The position numbers and the translations under genes are program-made. Positions 26,587 through 38,917 of a stretch of 64,000 nucleotides of DNA are shown in pieces. A model generated the notes under the pieces. The model did no database searches. It saw nothing but the letters and a program-made list of their open reading frames with translations, and was not told the DNA's origin. The number at the start of each line of letters is the position of its first letter. The stretch's first letter is position 1. This stretch comes from Octopus vulgaris (Eukaryota): assembly GCA_951406725.2 (NCBI GenBank), contig OX597836.1, positions 37,076,001 through 37,140,000 on the forward strand. The letters run 5' to 3'.

Positions 26587-27644
26587 AAATTGGTTGTTTC
26601 ATATATTACGTTGCTAATGTTTTAATAATTTGCTTTCTTTAAACATCTGCTTCCATTATTGAAACGAGAAGCAAACAAATTCAGTTTTAGTCGTAAATTA
26701 TTTAGATAACACTACATTCGATTATCATTCAAGCTTTCAAAACCGTGTGTCTATTATATCTTAATTTGAAAGGCTATTTTACGAAACCGCAAGAACTTTG
26801 ATTTAATATCAGTAAACATTTTCCCACAATCTATTATGAAATTCAAATGTGGGATATTACTTAAGGTCTTGAGGAAATGGTTGTGCGTAATACAGGTTTA
26901 TGTAATAAACGAAAAGTTTATCAGTGCTTGCATGCATAATAAACTAAACCTGGTAATGTACGATAGTATTTTCTCTCTCTTAGTTGTCAATGTACGGAGT
27001 TTAATATTTTAGCTTTTCTTTTCTGATTAATATTATCTTTTAAATACGAGCCTTAATGCTTCATTATAAGCAGCAGCTGTGTTGATGGAAAATAAATTAA
27101 ATATTGGATAAACTGATAGAAATATTTTAAACCAAATTATGCATAATAGCAAGCGGAAGATTAAAATCTATATTTATGTAAAGTAACTTCTCGTTTGGCT
27201 TCCTAGATGCATAATACATTCAATGTCAATGTAACAATTTCTAAAGATTATTTTGGATTCATTGAACAACCTTTCAAATTCACATAGAATAGCCTCAATT
27301 TTATAAATCTTGAAAGACAATGCTGTGCAATGTTATCTAAATATAATTCGGATTTGAATTACACAAATAAGAGAAACTGCAAAATCAGCTGCAATATATT
27401 TATAATACACCCAAACATACAAACTCGATAACAAATTTTATATGAACCATTTAGGGTTCATATTTTGTAACATATTCTTTCCCGTCATGTTCTTATTCGT
27501 TTGTGAATTAATCTAAATTTGTGTTTAGATATTTCAAAACCCTTAACGAATGAAAAATGTATAACCTTGTATTTTACTGTTAAACGCTACTAGGAATTGA
27601 ATAAGCTTAATATCCTTTTGTATTACCATATAACTATAGAATTT

Positions 27645-28076
27645 GGGGCTATAAAGCTATAGTAAACCCCCTCCCCAATGTGGTTAGCCATGATAAGATG
27701 GCTTCTATACTTTACATTATCGAGCGATTACTGTTTCAATCTCATTCTGAGATTTAATTATGCTTACTGTCAGTTTTTCGAAATCAGTGGCAAACGCCAC
27801 TAGAAAGACTCTTATATATTTGCAAGGAAGCATTCACTTTCGTCGCATCCTGGCGGTTAGCGCCCGTTGACAAGGGACAAATATCCCGAAACTAGTCCGA
27901 GCGTATCACTCAGGCTTGCGAGGAAGGGATGCCCCACCACTTTGCAAATACTTCAAGGGCACTGATATGGTATCTAAAGCCAGCTAGAGACGACGATCTC
28001 TTGGGGCTATAAAGCTACAGTAACACCCCCTCCCCTATGTGGTTAGCCATGATAAGATGGCTTCTATACTTTACAT
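27645..28076 (+). mobile_element. Retrozyme/pseudo-LTR-like element: ~1.2 tandem units of ~358 bp with one HHR
   Basis: ~77-bp terminal direct repeat ttggggctataaagct...ctatactttacattat at ~27643 and ~28001; apparent TSD tatagaattt at 27635-27644 and 28077-28086. Confidence 0.8.
27861..27903 (+). ncRNA. Minimal type-I hammerhead with U3:A8 core
   Basis: cgcccg-TTGACAA-ggga caaata tccc-GAAA-ctag-TC-cgagcg; stems I and II pair; stem III palindrome actagt; GUC cleavage triplet. Confidence 0.75.
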
Positions 28077-28351
28077 TATAGAATTTTGTTTTTATTTAAT
28101 GGCTGATTATTTCATATAATAAATGCACAATAATTGGTATTGGTTTTCTTACCACCTGAGATTCGGAAGAGTGAAAGACGTAGTGACTGCATGTTTGTGT
28201 ATGTCTGGGAAAGATATTCAAACTTAGATATACGTTTATGTGCAGGAGATATATGTGCGCGTGTATTTTTACACATGGCCACACGTAATCTCATGTATAT
28301 ACGTGTATGTTCAAAGAGACATGGGCGTACGTACAAACAGATACAGGTTCA

Positions 28352-28608
28352 TAGATAGATAGATAGAGAGAGAGACAGATAGGTAGAGATAGGTAGAGAG
28401 AGACAGACAGACGGACGGACGGACGGACGGACGGACGGACGGACGGACGGACGGACGGACGGATGGATGGATGGATGGATGGATGGATGGATGGATGGAT
28501 GGATGGATGGATGGATGGATGGATGGATGGATGGATGGATGGATGGATGGATGGATGGATGGATGGATGGATGGATGGAACGAACGAACGAACGAACGAA
28601 CGAACGAA
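28352..28608. repeat. Compound tetranucleotide microsatellite GATA-GACA-GACG-GATG-GAAC
   Basis: Direct reading of the sequence. Confidence 0.95.
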
Positions 28609-29124
28609 CTTAAATATGTCAAAAGAACATGGAATAAGGGAAATAATTCAGAGGTGGCAGTGGCATATATTTGAACGGCAAATCTGAATTAGGGCATAGT
28701 ATATCCAATGGAAGATAACTTCTTGTTCTTTTGAAATTATGTTCCCTTTCGTAGATGGTAGAACAATCGCTTGTGGCAATTGGAAACTGTTTCAAAGAAG
28801 AAGGGGTATAATCTTAAGAATCTAAAATTGTCCATAGGTAATGTCTTTAAAGAAATGATATTTTGATAGTTTCGAGACAAGACTCGTGTTTCAACCGCAA
28901 TAGGCGTTATCAGCACGTATGTTGTCTTACCTTATCTCGAGCGGAACGAGAAACTTAGATATATGCGTATAAAAAAATAAACGCGTAGATTACGATTATG
29001 CTGGCACTCAGTCGATTACGGCGACGCGTATTCCAGTTAATCCGATCAACGGAAGAGGCTGCTCGTGAAATTAACGTGCATGTGACTGAGCGTGCTCTTA
29101 TCGTAGTTCTCAGTGAGATTCTTT

Positions 29125-29640
29125 TCTAATCTAGGCACAAGGCCCGACATTTGGGGGGGAATTGGGGCCCAGTCGATTAGTCGACCCCAGTACGTAACTT
29201 GTACTTAATTCATCGATCCAGAACGGATGAAAAGGAAAGTCGACCTCGGCAGAATTTGAACTCAGAAGGTAAAGACAGACAAATACCGTTAAGCATTTCG
29301 CCCAGCATCCTAACTTTTCTTAATTTCTTTATTGCGCACAAACGGATTAAGTCGATGGCATCGACCTCAGTGGTACTTAATTTATCGACCCTGAAATGAT
29401 GAAAGGCAAAGTCGACCCCGGTGGAATTTGAACTCAGAGCATAGCGGCAGACGCAATACTTATTTCTTTACTACCCACAAGGGGCTAAACACAGAGAGGA
29501 CAAACAAGGGCAGACAAACGGATTAAGTCGATTATATCGACCCCAGTGCGTAACTGGTACTTATTTAATCGACCCTGAAAGGATGAAAGGTAAAGTCGAC
29601 CTCGTCGGAATTTGAACTCAGAACGTAGCGGCAGACGAAA
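29125..29640 (-). mobile_element. Cluster or tandem of Meta-like SINE bodies
   Basis: Three copies of gatgaaagg.aaagtcgacc.cgg.ggaatttgaactcag. Confidence 0.85.
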
Positions 29641-32426
29641 TATGTATGTATGTATATATGTATGAGGGTGTATGTGTATGTATGATTTTGCACATGTCCA
29701 TTTGTAGACACACACCTTTCTAGGCCCTCTTTCACGTTCGTTTCTGAACCAGTCTTTATTAATTACGTAATTGTAGCCACAGACATTACGTGTGTTTGAA
29801 AGTTCGTTCTGCAATCACATGATTTTTGGTTCAGTCCCTTTGCGCAGCATCTTGCTCACGTGTTTTCAACCATAACCTCCATTCGACCAATGTATTATCA
29901 ATGTATTTTGTGGAAGGAAACATTGTAGAACAACGTCGTAAATGTATGTATATATCGTATATATATGGTTAAGTCTACGTGTATGAATCATTGTATGTGT
30001 TTGCACCCCGCCTCTATTTGGCAACCAATTTGATCAGCTTCTGTCCTGAAACATGGCGGTTCGTCAAAAGTGTGATAGAATAGGCACCAGAATTTATTAT
30101 ATTTTTTTTTGTCCTTTTTTTTTTCGACTAAAATATTCTAAGGCATAGCATAGCCGCCGTATAGTGACTGAGGGAACTAATAGAGAAAGGAGATAACTAA
30201 TTTCCCCCGTTCAGCTGTTAATGAAATGTCGAGTAACTGTTTTGTATTTCAAGGCTAGACTGAATCTAAGTTGTTCTCCGAGGAGAACTCATTCGAAAAA
30301 GTAAATCGTCCGCCATGAATTTTGTAGCGTTTGTTGATATTCTGTTTCAAACTTCCATACTTTATTAACACGTTTCTTCTTATCCAACAGATTTCAAAAA
30401 CAAAGAAAAACATCTTCAGCTTGAGAGATCAATCAATAACGCGTGTAGCTCTTCAAATGCTTGAAGCTCGTTAACCGAATGCTGTTCAATTGCTAATTTC
30501 AGCGTGATGTCATTTGTAACAAATACTGTAATCCTATTGTTGTTTTCTTCTGTTAACAATACTATAAAATAATGTTATCTATAAATAATTCACACGAATC
30601 TCATTGTTCAATTATAAATATTTGTAAGCTTTGGAAACAAATACTAGGTTTTTATTTATTTATTTATTTATTTATTTATGCTTTTGGTTTGTTTTTCCAT
30701 TACAAAAGAATTTTAAATTATTCGTGTTTGACATAATATCTGATAAAAATTCGCTTCTCCTATAAATATCCTTATTAATGATTCGGGGTACTGATTGATT
30801 ACTACGACAAAAATGAAAGAATTTTGTTCTTGCTACTTTTGTTAAGAACATACAACTAGAAATGGCTCTATAGTTGAAGAAGGTGGCGTATCAACCATGT
30901 GGTTTCGGGTTCAGTACAACTGCACAGCATCTATGGCAAGGGTCTTCTACTAAAGCATTCTACTCTAACCTTGTGAGCGGATTTGGATAACGGGAATAAT
31001 GGAATCTCGTGGTATATGTTAATGTATGTGCGAGTGCGTATGCGGGCATATATATATATGGCCGTATCTGTGTTTGTGTCCTCACCATTGATAGTTTGTT
31101 TCCATTCAGCGTTTGTTTCGATCCATGTATTCAACCAATAGAATTTTACCGGAGAGTGTGTTAAATAATAAGGCACTAAAAGAGAATGACTCTCCCCAGA
31201 CACAACGGAATTTGAGGTTAATAACTTCGTACATTATATTCTGGCTTTTAACTGTGTCCAATTATATTTATAGTTCAATGTCTTTTAACTGTAATTATAT
31301 TTACGCGCTGTGGGCAAGCTTTTCGTTGTATTTGCCCATAAAATTGACCTATGTTTGCGACGCGGCACAATAACATGCGATCAATATGTTTTTACTTAAC
31401 TGACCTTCTATACTAAGTATGCTCAACTCAACTTAATTGTTGCATTCATAGTAAATGACCGAGATATTTTGATTTTCGATACCCTAACAGTCAAGCACTA
31501 ACGGTATATAAAATCGCATATATTCGACGACTCTTCAAACTCTATAAATCTATTTTACTCATATATATACTCACTGAATACAGAAATTGGATGGTTAACA
31601 TATACTTTGATGTATTATTTGCAATTTACATATGATCAATACTAAGATCAGACGTTCCCGTTTATATTCTCGGTCCAAAAGTGCAGCTTAATGAGGCAAT
31701 TCTGCTGAACCTTTATATTTTCAATAATAATATAATTTAGATAAGGTTACCAAAGGTTGACTATTTCAACGCTTCTTAAATTTTCAAATTTCACGAGGGA
31801 AATAAAATATGAAAATATAGAATTATATCTCGGAGATAATGTCCCAGACAGCCTTCTAGGCTGATTTATAGTACCTATGACATACTTTCGCAATTATTTC
31901 ACAGAATATTGACAAGGGAACCAAGCACTTCTAATTCTATAAACCATGACCTCTGACATTTAATTATTGTACTTTGTATATTTCGTTTTCTTTGCGAGGT
32001 TTATTTTCTTGATCGCTAAAAAGGTCTTTGATTATAGACGTTTGAATCATACCCCAACATTATCTTCCGGATATGGTGTTTCCAGTATTTAAAACTAAAT
32101 CATCAAATATCAGCATCCACATCTGAGTATATCAGAGTGGAGTGTAATTCGAAAAAGATTTGGACTGCTATTTCTAGCAGGTCTGGAGACAGTATAGACC
32201 AGTGGTTCTCAAACGGGGTTCATGTAACCTTTAGGTGTTAATATAACATTTTTTTGTTAAAATTTATGGACAATATAATTGATTATACTTCTACAATACA
32301 CAGAATTGTTTAACAATTTTTAAATACAATTCTTAATACAGTTCTATATTTAAGAGATGAGGAATTATTTACATTAGTATCATTATTTACTTTTGACCGA
32401 TATTTGTCCTCATCGTGGCTGTTGTT

Positions 32427-32472
32427 AGCACAACATTTCGGCTGATATACCCTCCAGCCTTCATCAGGTGTT
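32427..32472 (-). ncRNA. Minimal type-I hammerhead motif (left arm)
   Basis: aacac-CTGATGA-a-ggctg gagggtatat cagcc-GAAA-tg-TT-gtgct. Confidence 0.7.
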
Positions 32473-32524
32473 TGGGGCAATTTCGAAACTGGGTTCTCAT
32501 TCCTAAGGTATTTTACGATGTTGC

Positions 32525-32601
<77 letters not shown>

Positions 32602-32746
32602 TCACTGCTTGGACTGGAAGTCGGAATCTTGGTGCTAGTAACCTGCGCTCTTAAGCCACTACGCCATATGCTCACGGGCATATGTTATAGTGGTTAAGAG
32701 CGAGAGCTACTAACCTCAAGATTTCGAGTTTGATTCCAAGAAGTGA

Positions 32747-32818
<72 letters not shown>

Positions 32819-33074
32819 TGATGATGATGATGATAATTATGATGATGATAATAATAATAATTATGATGATGATGATAATTATGATGATGATAATAATAAT
32901 AATTATGATGATGATAATAATAATTATGATGATGATGATAATAATAGTAATTATGATGATGATAATAATAATAATTATGATAATGATAATAATAATAATT
33001 ATGATAATAATAATAACAACAACAACATTGTAAAATACCTTAAAAATGAGAACCTAGTTTCGAAAGTTGCCCCA

Positions 33075-33120
33075 AACACCTGATGAAGGCTGGAGGGTAT
33101 ACAAGCCGAAATGTTGTGTT
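33075..33120 (+). ncRNA. Minimal type-I hammerhead motif (right arm)
   Basis: aacac-CTGATGA-a-ggctg gagggtata caagcc-GAAA-tg-TT-gtgtt; perfect 5-bp stem I. Confidence 0.7.
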
Positions 33121-33419
33121 AACAACAGACACGATGAGGACAAATATCGGTCAAAAGTAAATAATGTAACTAATGTAAATAATTCCTCATCTCTTAAATA
33201 TAGAACTATATTAAGAATTGTATGTAAAAATTGTTAAACAATTCTGTGTATTGTAGAAGTATAATCAATTATATTGTCCATAAATTTTAACGATAAAATG
33301 TTATATTAACACCTGAAGGTTACATGAACCCTTGATGAGAACCACTGCACTATACTGTCTCCAGACCTGCTAGAAATAACAGCCAAAATATTTTTCAAAT
33401 TACACTGTGGTATACAGGT

Positions 33420-33598
33420 AGGCGCAGGAGTGGCTGTGTGTTAAGTAGCTTGCTTACCAACCACATGGTCCCGGGTTCAGTCCCCACTGCGTGGCACCTT
33501 GGGCAAGTGTCTTCTACTATAGCCTCGGGCCGACCAAAGCCTTGTGAGTGGATTTGGTAGACGGAAACTGAAAGAAGCCCGTCGTATATATGTATATA

Positions 33599-33661
<63 letters not shown>

Positions 33662-33875
33662 ATTTGTGTGTCTGTGTTTGTCCCCCTAGCATTGCTTCGA
33701 TGCTGGTGTGTTTATGTCCCCGTCACTTAGCGCTTCGGCAAAAGAGACGATAGAATAAGTACTGGGCTTACAAAGATTAAGTCCCGGGGTCGAGTTGCCC
33801 GACTAAAGGCGGTGCTCAGCATGGCCGCAGTCAACTGACTGAAACAAGAAAAAAAGAGCAAAAGAGAGTAAAGAG
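33420..33875 (+). mobile_element. CORE-like SINE present only in the right arm of the palindrome
   Basis: Full head-to-tail copy; absent at the equivalent left-arm site (~32125-32145). Confidence 0.9.
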
Positions 33876-35129
33876 ATGTAGATGTTGATATTGGATGATT
33901 TAGTGTTAAATACTGGAAACACGATATCCGGAAGATAATGTTGGGATATGATTCGAACTTCTATAATCAAAGACCCTTTTGGAGTCAGATGTGGAAGTAA
34001 GAAATAAAGGAATTAGCGAACAAGAAAATAAACCTCGCAAAGAAAACGAAATATACAAAGTACAATAATTAAATGTCAGAGGTCATGGTTTATAGAATTA
34101 GAAGTGATTGGTTCCCTTGTCAATATTCTGTGAAATAAATGCGAAAGTATGTCATAGGTACTATAATTCAGCCTAGAAAGTTGTCTGGGACATTATCTCC
34201 GAGATATAATTCTATATTTTCATATTTTATTTCCCTCGTGAAATTTGAAAATTTAAGAAGTGTTGAAATAGTCAACCTTTGGTAACCTTATCTAAATTAT
34301 ATTATTATTGAAAATATAAAGGTTCGGCAGAATTGCCTCATCAAGCTGCACTTTTGGACCGGGAATATAAACGGGAACGTCTGATCTTAGTATTGATCAT
34401 ATGTAAATTGCAAATAATACATCAAAGTTTATGTTAGCCATCCAATTTCTGTATTCAGTGAGTTTTCATTTTTCATTTTCTTCGAAAATTGCTATTAAAT
34501 TGTAGTTTATAGTCCGTTTTGCTGCTTCTTCGTCATGTAAAAATTACCTGTTAAAGGGTTTTTTACTCTATTTGTTTAATGGTACACTATTTTAAACTAA
34601 GAATATGTTGTCTGTTGACTATTTATATATGCAAGGCCACTGGTGGTGATATTTCTAAGTCGAATATTAGCTACCCTATATATGGTATCTTAATTATATA
34701 AATATATATATATATATATAGTATATATATATATATATATATAACCCAGACGAAATACCGCTAAGCACTACGCCCGGCGTGCTAACGTTTCTGCCAGCTC
34801 GCCGCCTTGGGATTTAATATACCGTTAGTGCTTGACTGTTAGGGTATCGAAAATCAAAATACCTCGGTCATTTACTATGATTGCCATTCGCATGAAAACT
34901 ACAATTAAGTTGAGTTGAACATACTTAATATACAGAGTCAGTTAAGTAAAAACAAAATGATCGCATGTTATTGTGCCGCATGGCAAACATAGGTCAATTT
35001 TATGGGCAAATACAACAGAAAGCTTGCCCACAGCGCGTAAATATAATTATAGTTAAAAGACATTGAACTATAAATATAATTGGACACAGTTAAAAGCCAG
35101 AATATAATTTACGAAGTTATTAACCTCAA

Positions 35130-35460
35130 ATTCTGTTGTGTCTGGTGAGGGTCATTCTCTTTTAGTGCCTTATTATTTAACACACTCACCGGTAAAATTT
35201 CCACTTTATTTCTTATTTTCCTAAAATGTTCCTTGCGTCTTGCAAACTTTTCAATAGTCAAGACTATTGAAAAGGTTGCAAAATTTTAGAAAATAAAAAT
35301 AAATAAGCGGAAATTTTACCACTTAGTGTGTTAAATAATAAAGCACTAAAAAGAATGACTCTCCCCAGACACAACAGAATATGCTTCAGCACACGAACTC
35401 ACTTAAAGTATCTTGCAAACCAAGTCCAAAAACGAAATATAATAAGCTTTAACCTCAAAT
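35130..35460. mobile_element. Fold-back element (axis 35260/35261) with an HHR-like UUGAAAA core at the turn
   Basis: Arms 35130-35259 and 35262-35380; centre caatagtc-aa-gactattg; same family as 54970-55306 and 31142-31222. Confidence 0.75.
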
Positions 35461-35837
35461 GTTATTGATAAATGATCTGAAGTACCTTTCAAGCCAGCAA
35501 CTTTTTAGTAACTCCTCGTACATATTTCTTAGTTTATGTATCGAAGACGTTCATGAAATACCTTTCAAAGAGTATGGCAACCAATATTCACTATACTAAC
35601 CAACAATGTAAGAACTTCATGGTTGATTCACTTGTCTAGAAATAACAATCAATTATCTGTCAAGTCAGACCTTACTTTCTTACTAACACTTTCAAGAAGC
35701 ACTAGCTGCAAACGTATTCACTCTTCACTGTCGTTTCTAACGTTACTACAATGGATTCAGATACTCGGGACAGGTGGATCCTATGTTTGAACCCACTGAC
35801 CTTCGCACTAACCCCTGAATCGTCGCATTAATATGTA

Positions 35838-36055
35838 CGAGTGGTTACTGAAAAGTTTCTGGTTATAAAGGTATCACGAAGAGGCCTGGCTGGAGGTCCA
35901 ACCTTCCGATTTCTTTTACAGGGCTTAGAGAAAATGAAGTACAGCTGCAATAAGTGTGCGAATCTGAGAGGGGAATATGTTGAATAAAATCATAATCAAC
36001 TGCTTCTCCTGCAGTTTCTTTTGCCCAAACCCAGGACAATTTCAGCAGCCACTCG
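35838..36055 (+). mobile_element. Mariner-derived MITE
   Basis: TA|cgagtggttactgaaa ... tttcagcagccactcg|TA; retains the transposase C-terminus CNKCANLRGEYVE*. Confidence 0.85.
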
Positions 36056-36415
36056 TAGATATTCAAAAGAAACATCAAGAAAAAGGTTGAACGAATGTAC
36101 AGTAGGGACAATGAGAACGACCTCTCACAAGGATCAATTCTTTAATAAAAAAATAAAGGGCACATTAGAAAAGGTAGACGTACATACCGGTAAAAATGAA
36201 ATGTTAGTCATAAAACGGGTTGAGCTGAAGGGACATAATAACACTTACCAACAAATATCAGAATTGTGTAAATGTTCTCTTGAGATCACACCACGTTATT
36301 CTATCGGAAAATGATTCTCGCCTACATATTTTAACGTTGATAAACATTGATAGCAATTATGACATCACAGTTAATTGAAAGAGATTATGACATCACAGTT
36401 AATTTCATTCGCAAA

Positions 36416-36804
36416 TTTATATATATAAAGCTGAAGTTGTGTGTGTGTGGCAGGTTCGGTGGCCTTCAAGTAACACTATCTCCTCCAAGACCCTGCGACG
36501 CAAGTTGACCAACATTAAGAGTATGATAGAAGAAGGCTTGCTCTTCATTCCGTAGGAGATAAAATTGAAATCGGACGATGTTAAGATCGAAAATTATTTA
36601 CATCAAAAAGGTTTTTTTTTCTATGAAAATCTCTATTGTTTACGATCTTTTGACTGCTGTGTCGACATTTTTCTGTGTATTTCAACCAGAAAAATGTTCA
36701 CTTAAAGAGAATAACAAGCTACATAATGCAAAATTTTTACTTTTTAAAAATTCCAATACTAAATGGTCGAAACGAAGCCGAGCAACGCCGGGCGATACTG
36801 CTAG
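36416..36804 (+). mobile_element. Non-autonomous Helitron-like element
   Basis: 5' tttatatatataaagc (TC decayed); 3' GC-rich hairpin gccgagcaacgccgggc then CTAG|t. Confidence 0.65.
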
Positions 36805-37179
36805 TAATTATTGAAACAATGTATAGTGTCTCCAGTTGATCAACAATGATGCAGAAATATCTGAAAGACAGAGACTTCTGGGTTCAAGCGATGAACACCT
36901 CATAAATTTGAAAATCTAGGAGAGTGATTTCTTGTAACATTTTGTCTTGTTTCTATTTGGTTAATCGAAGTGGTAAAGGCGATCGTTCCTTCTCTAGTTA
37001 TTAAATTAATTTCTGATAATTAATTTCTGATATAATTTGTTATATAATTCAATATACTTTTAGCATGATCGGAGATATTCCGGAAAACTCTTTGCTATTC
37101 AAATAGAATCAATTCTATCTACACTGGGATTCGAAATCAAAACTACCGTTCCACTCACGATAGTTATGTGTAATTCAAT

Positions 37180-37510
37180 TCTAAAAAGACTCCGCCGGTT
37201 ACGACGACGAGGGTCCCAGCTGATACGATCAACGGAACAGCTTGCTCGTGAAATTAACGTGCAAATGGCTGAGCATTCCACAGACACGTGTACCCTTAAC
37301 GTAGTTCTCGGGGATAATCAGCGTGACACAGAGAGTGACAAGGCTGACCCTTAGAAGTACAAGTACAACTCATTTTTGCCAGCTGAGTGGACTGGAGCAA
37401 CGTGAAATAAAGTGTCTTGCTTAAGGACACAACGCGTCGCCGGGAATCGAACTCACAACCTTACGATCATGAGCCGAATGCCTTAACCACTAAGCCACGC
37501 GCCCTCACAC
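37180..37510 (-). mobile_element. tRNA-derived V-like SINE, full length
   Basis: TSD tgtaattcaat at 37169-37179 and 37511-37521. Confidence 0.92.
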
Positions 37511-37796
37511 TGTAATTCAATACAAACGTGTTATTACTCACTCTTAAGTCAGCATACGCACCCATGCATACATACGTACAAATGTGTATATATATTATAT
37601 ATGTGTGTGTGTGAGTGTATATATACGTGCGGTGTGGGTCTGTGGATGTATATGTACCTGTTTATGAAGGTATGTATGTCTCTCTCTTTCCCCCATACAC
37701 ATACATACATATATGTATATATATGTATATATGTACATATATGTGTATATACATATATATACATACCTATTCATATATATGTACACATTTATACAG

Positions 37797-37839
<43 letters not shown>

Positions 37840-38042
37840 TATATAGACACATAAATACATACACACGCATATTTAACATATAATATACTATATATAGATA
37901 CATTTATACATACATATCAGCTTATGTGTGTGTATATTTATGTATGCATATTATATAATGTTATATATACAGATGCATACATTTATATCTATATATAAAC
38001 GTATGCGTGTGTATATGTATATAAATATATATATGTATATAC

Positions 38043-38087
<45 letters not shown>

Positions 38088-38801
38088 TTGTACATAAAAA
38101 AGATATGGTTATACATGTCTTCAAACGCTATCATTGAAGGCAGGATCATACCGTATGGGGCTCAGCAGAGACAGAGGACGCCGATCTGTTAATGATAACG
38201 AAGCAATAATTTCTACGCGCAGATCCTGTGTTCTTGATACTAGAATAGGGCGCCGTAAGTGTGTGTGTGTATGCGTGTGTACGTGTGAGTGTGAGTGTGG
38301 GTGTGTGTCTGTGTGTGTGACTAGAGAAATTTAAAATTCCACTTAAATGAGAATATCTATGAAATCATTTACAAATAGCAAGTACAAACCTGAAACAAAC
38401 ACCGCCACTAACACTTATGCCATGAAATCTAGCAGGATTTAATGTTATATGATATTAAATGCAGCGTCGAAGATATCATTTATAATACCATCCTCAAGAC
38501 TCTGCGCGATGCAAGAATATAGGCGAGGATTACTCGCCAATAAAACAGTTGAAATTGAAAATAAGCTTGAGAAGGTATTGACTATGAATCTAATTATTCA
38601 AAGAAGGTTATCGTTTCAAGCCGTAAAATGCTAAGAAAATGTGAAGAAGTCTTGGTAAAATTATCGAGATTAGATATGAATTGAATTTACCGGGTTTCAA
38701 AGAAAACCTGTTCCCTATCAATATCTTTCTCTAGCGTCTCTATTCCTGCTACCCGCACATACCCTGATTATATATATATATATATATAAGATATATATAT
38801 A

Positions 38802-38881
<80 letters not shown>

Positions 38882-38917
38882 TGTGTGTGTGCATGTATAT
38901 ATGTATATACATATATA

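Larger units (their letters stand above)
32340..33207. mobile_element. Head-to-head pair of tRNA-head + (AAT)n + hammerhead elements (outer limits approximate)
   Basis: gggcatatgttatagtggttaagagcg...gagtttgattcc (A/B-box-like) diverging from the axis on both strands; each is followed by (AAT)n and an HHR. Confidence 0.75.
31142..35199. repeat. ~4 kb inverted duplication with essentially no spacer (axis 32674/32675)
   Basis: Left arm 31142-32673 matches the reverse complement of 32676-35199; the right arm carries an extra SINE (33420-33875) and non-matching sequence at ~34463-34815. Confidence 0.93.

Noticed and set aside
32730-33083. Asn/Asp-rich ORF resembling an acidic biomineral protein
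   Set aside because: Expansion of the element's (AAT)n into AAT/GAT repeats; the mirror arm has plain (ATT)n
35120-35460. ttaacctcaaat as a TSD around the fold-back
   Set aside because: The same string lies inside the family copy at ~55233-55244, so it belongs to the element
38134-38260. Possible exon ending at a GTAAGT donor
   Set aside because: No clear acceptor, no recognisable protein, and the duplicate at 40.4 kb does not keep the frame
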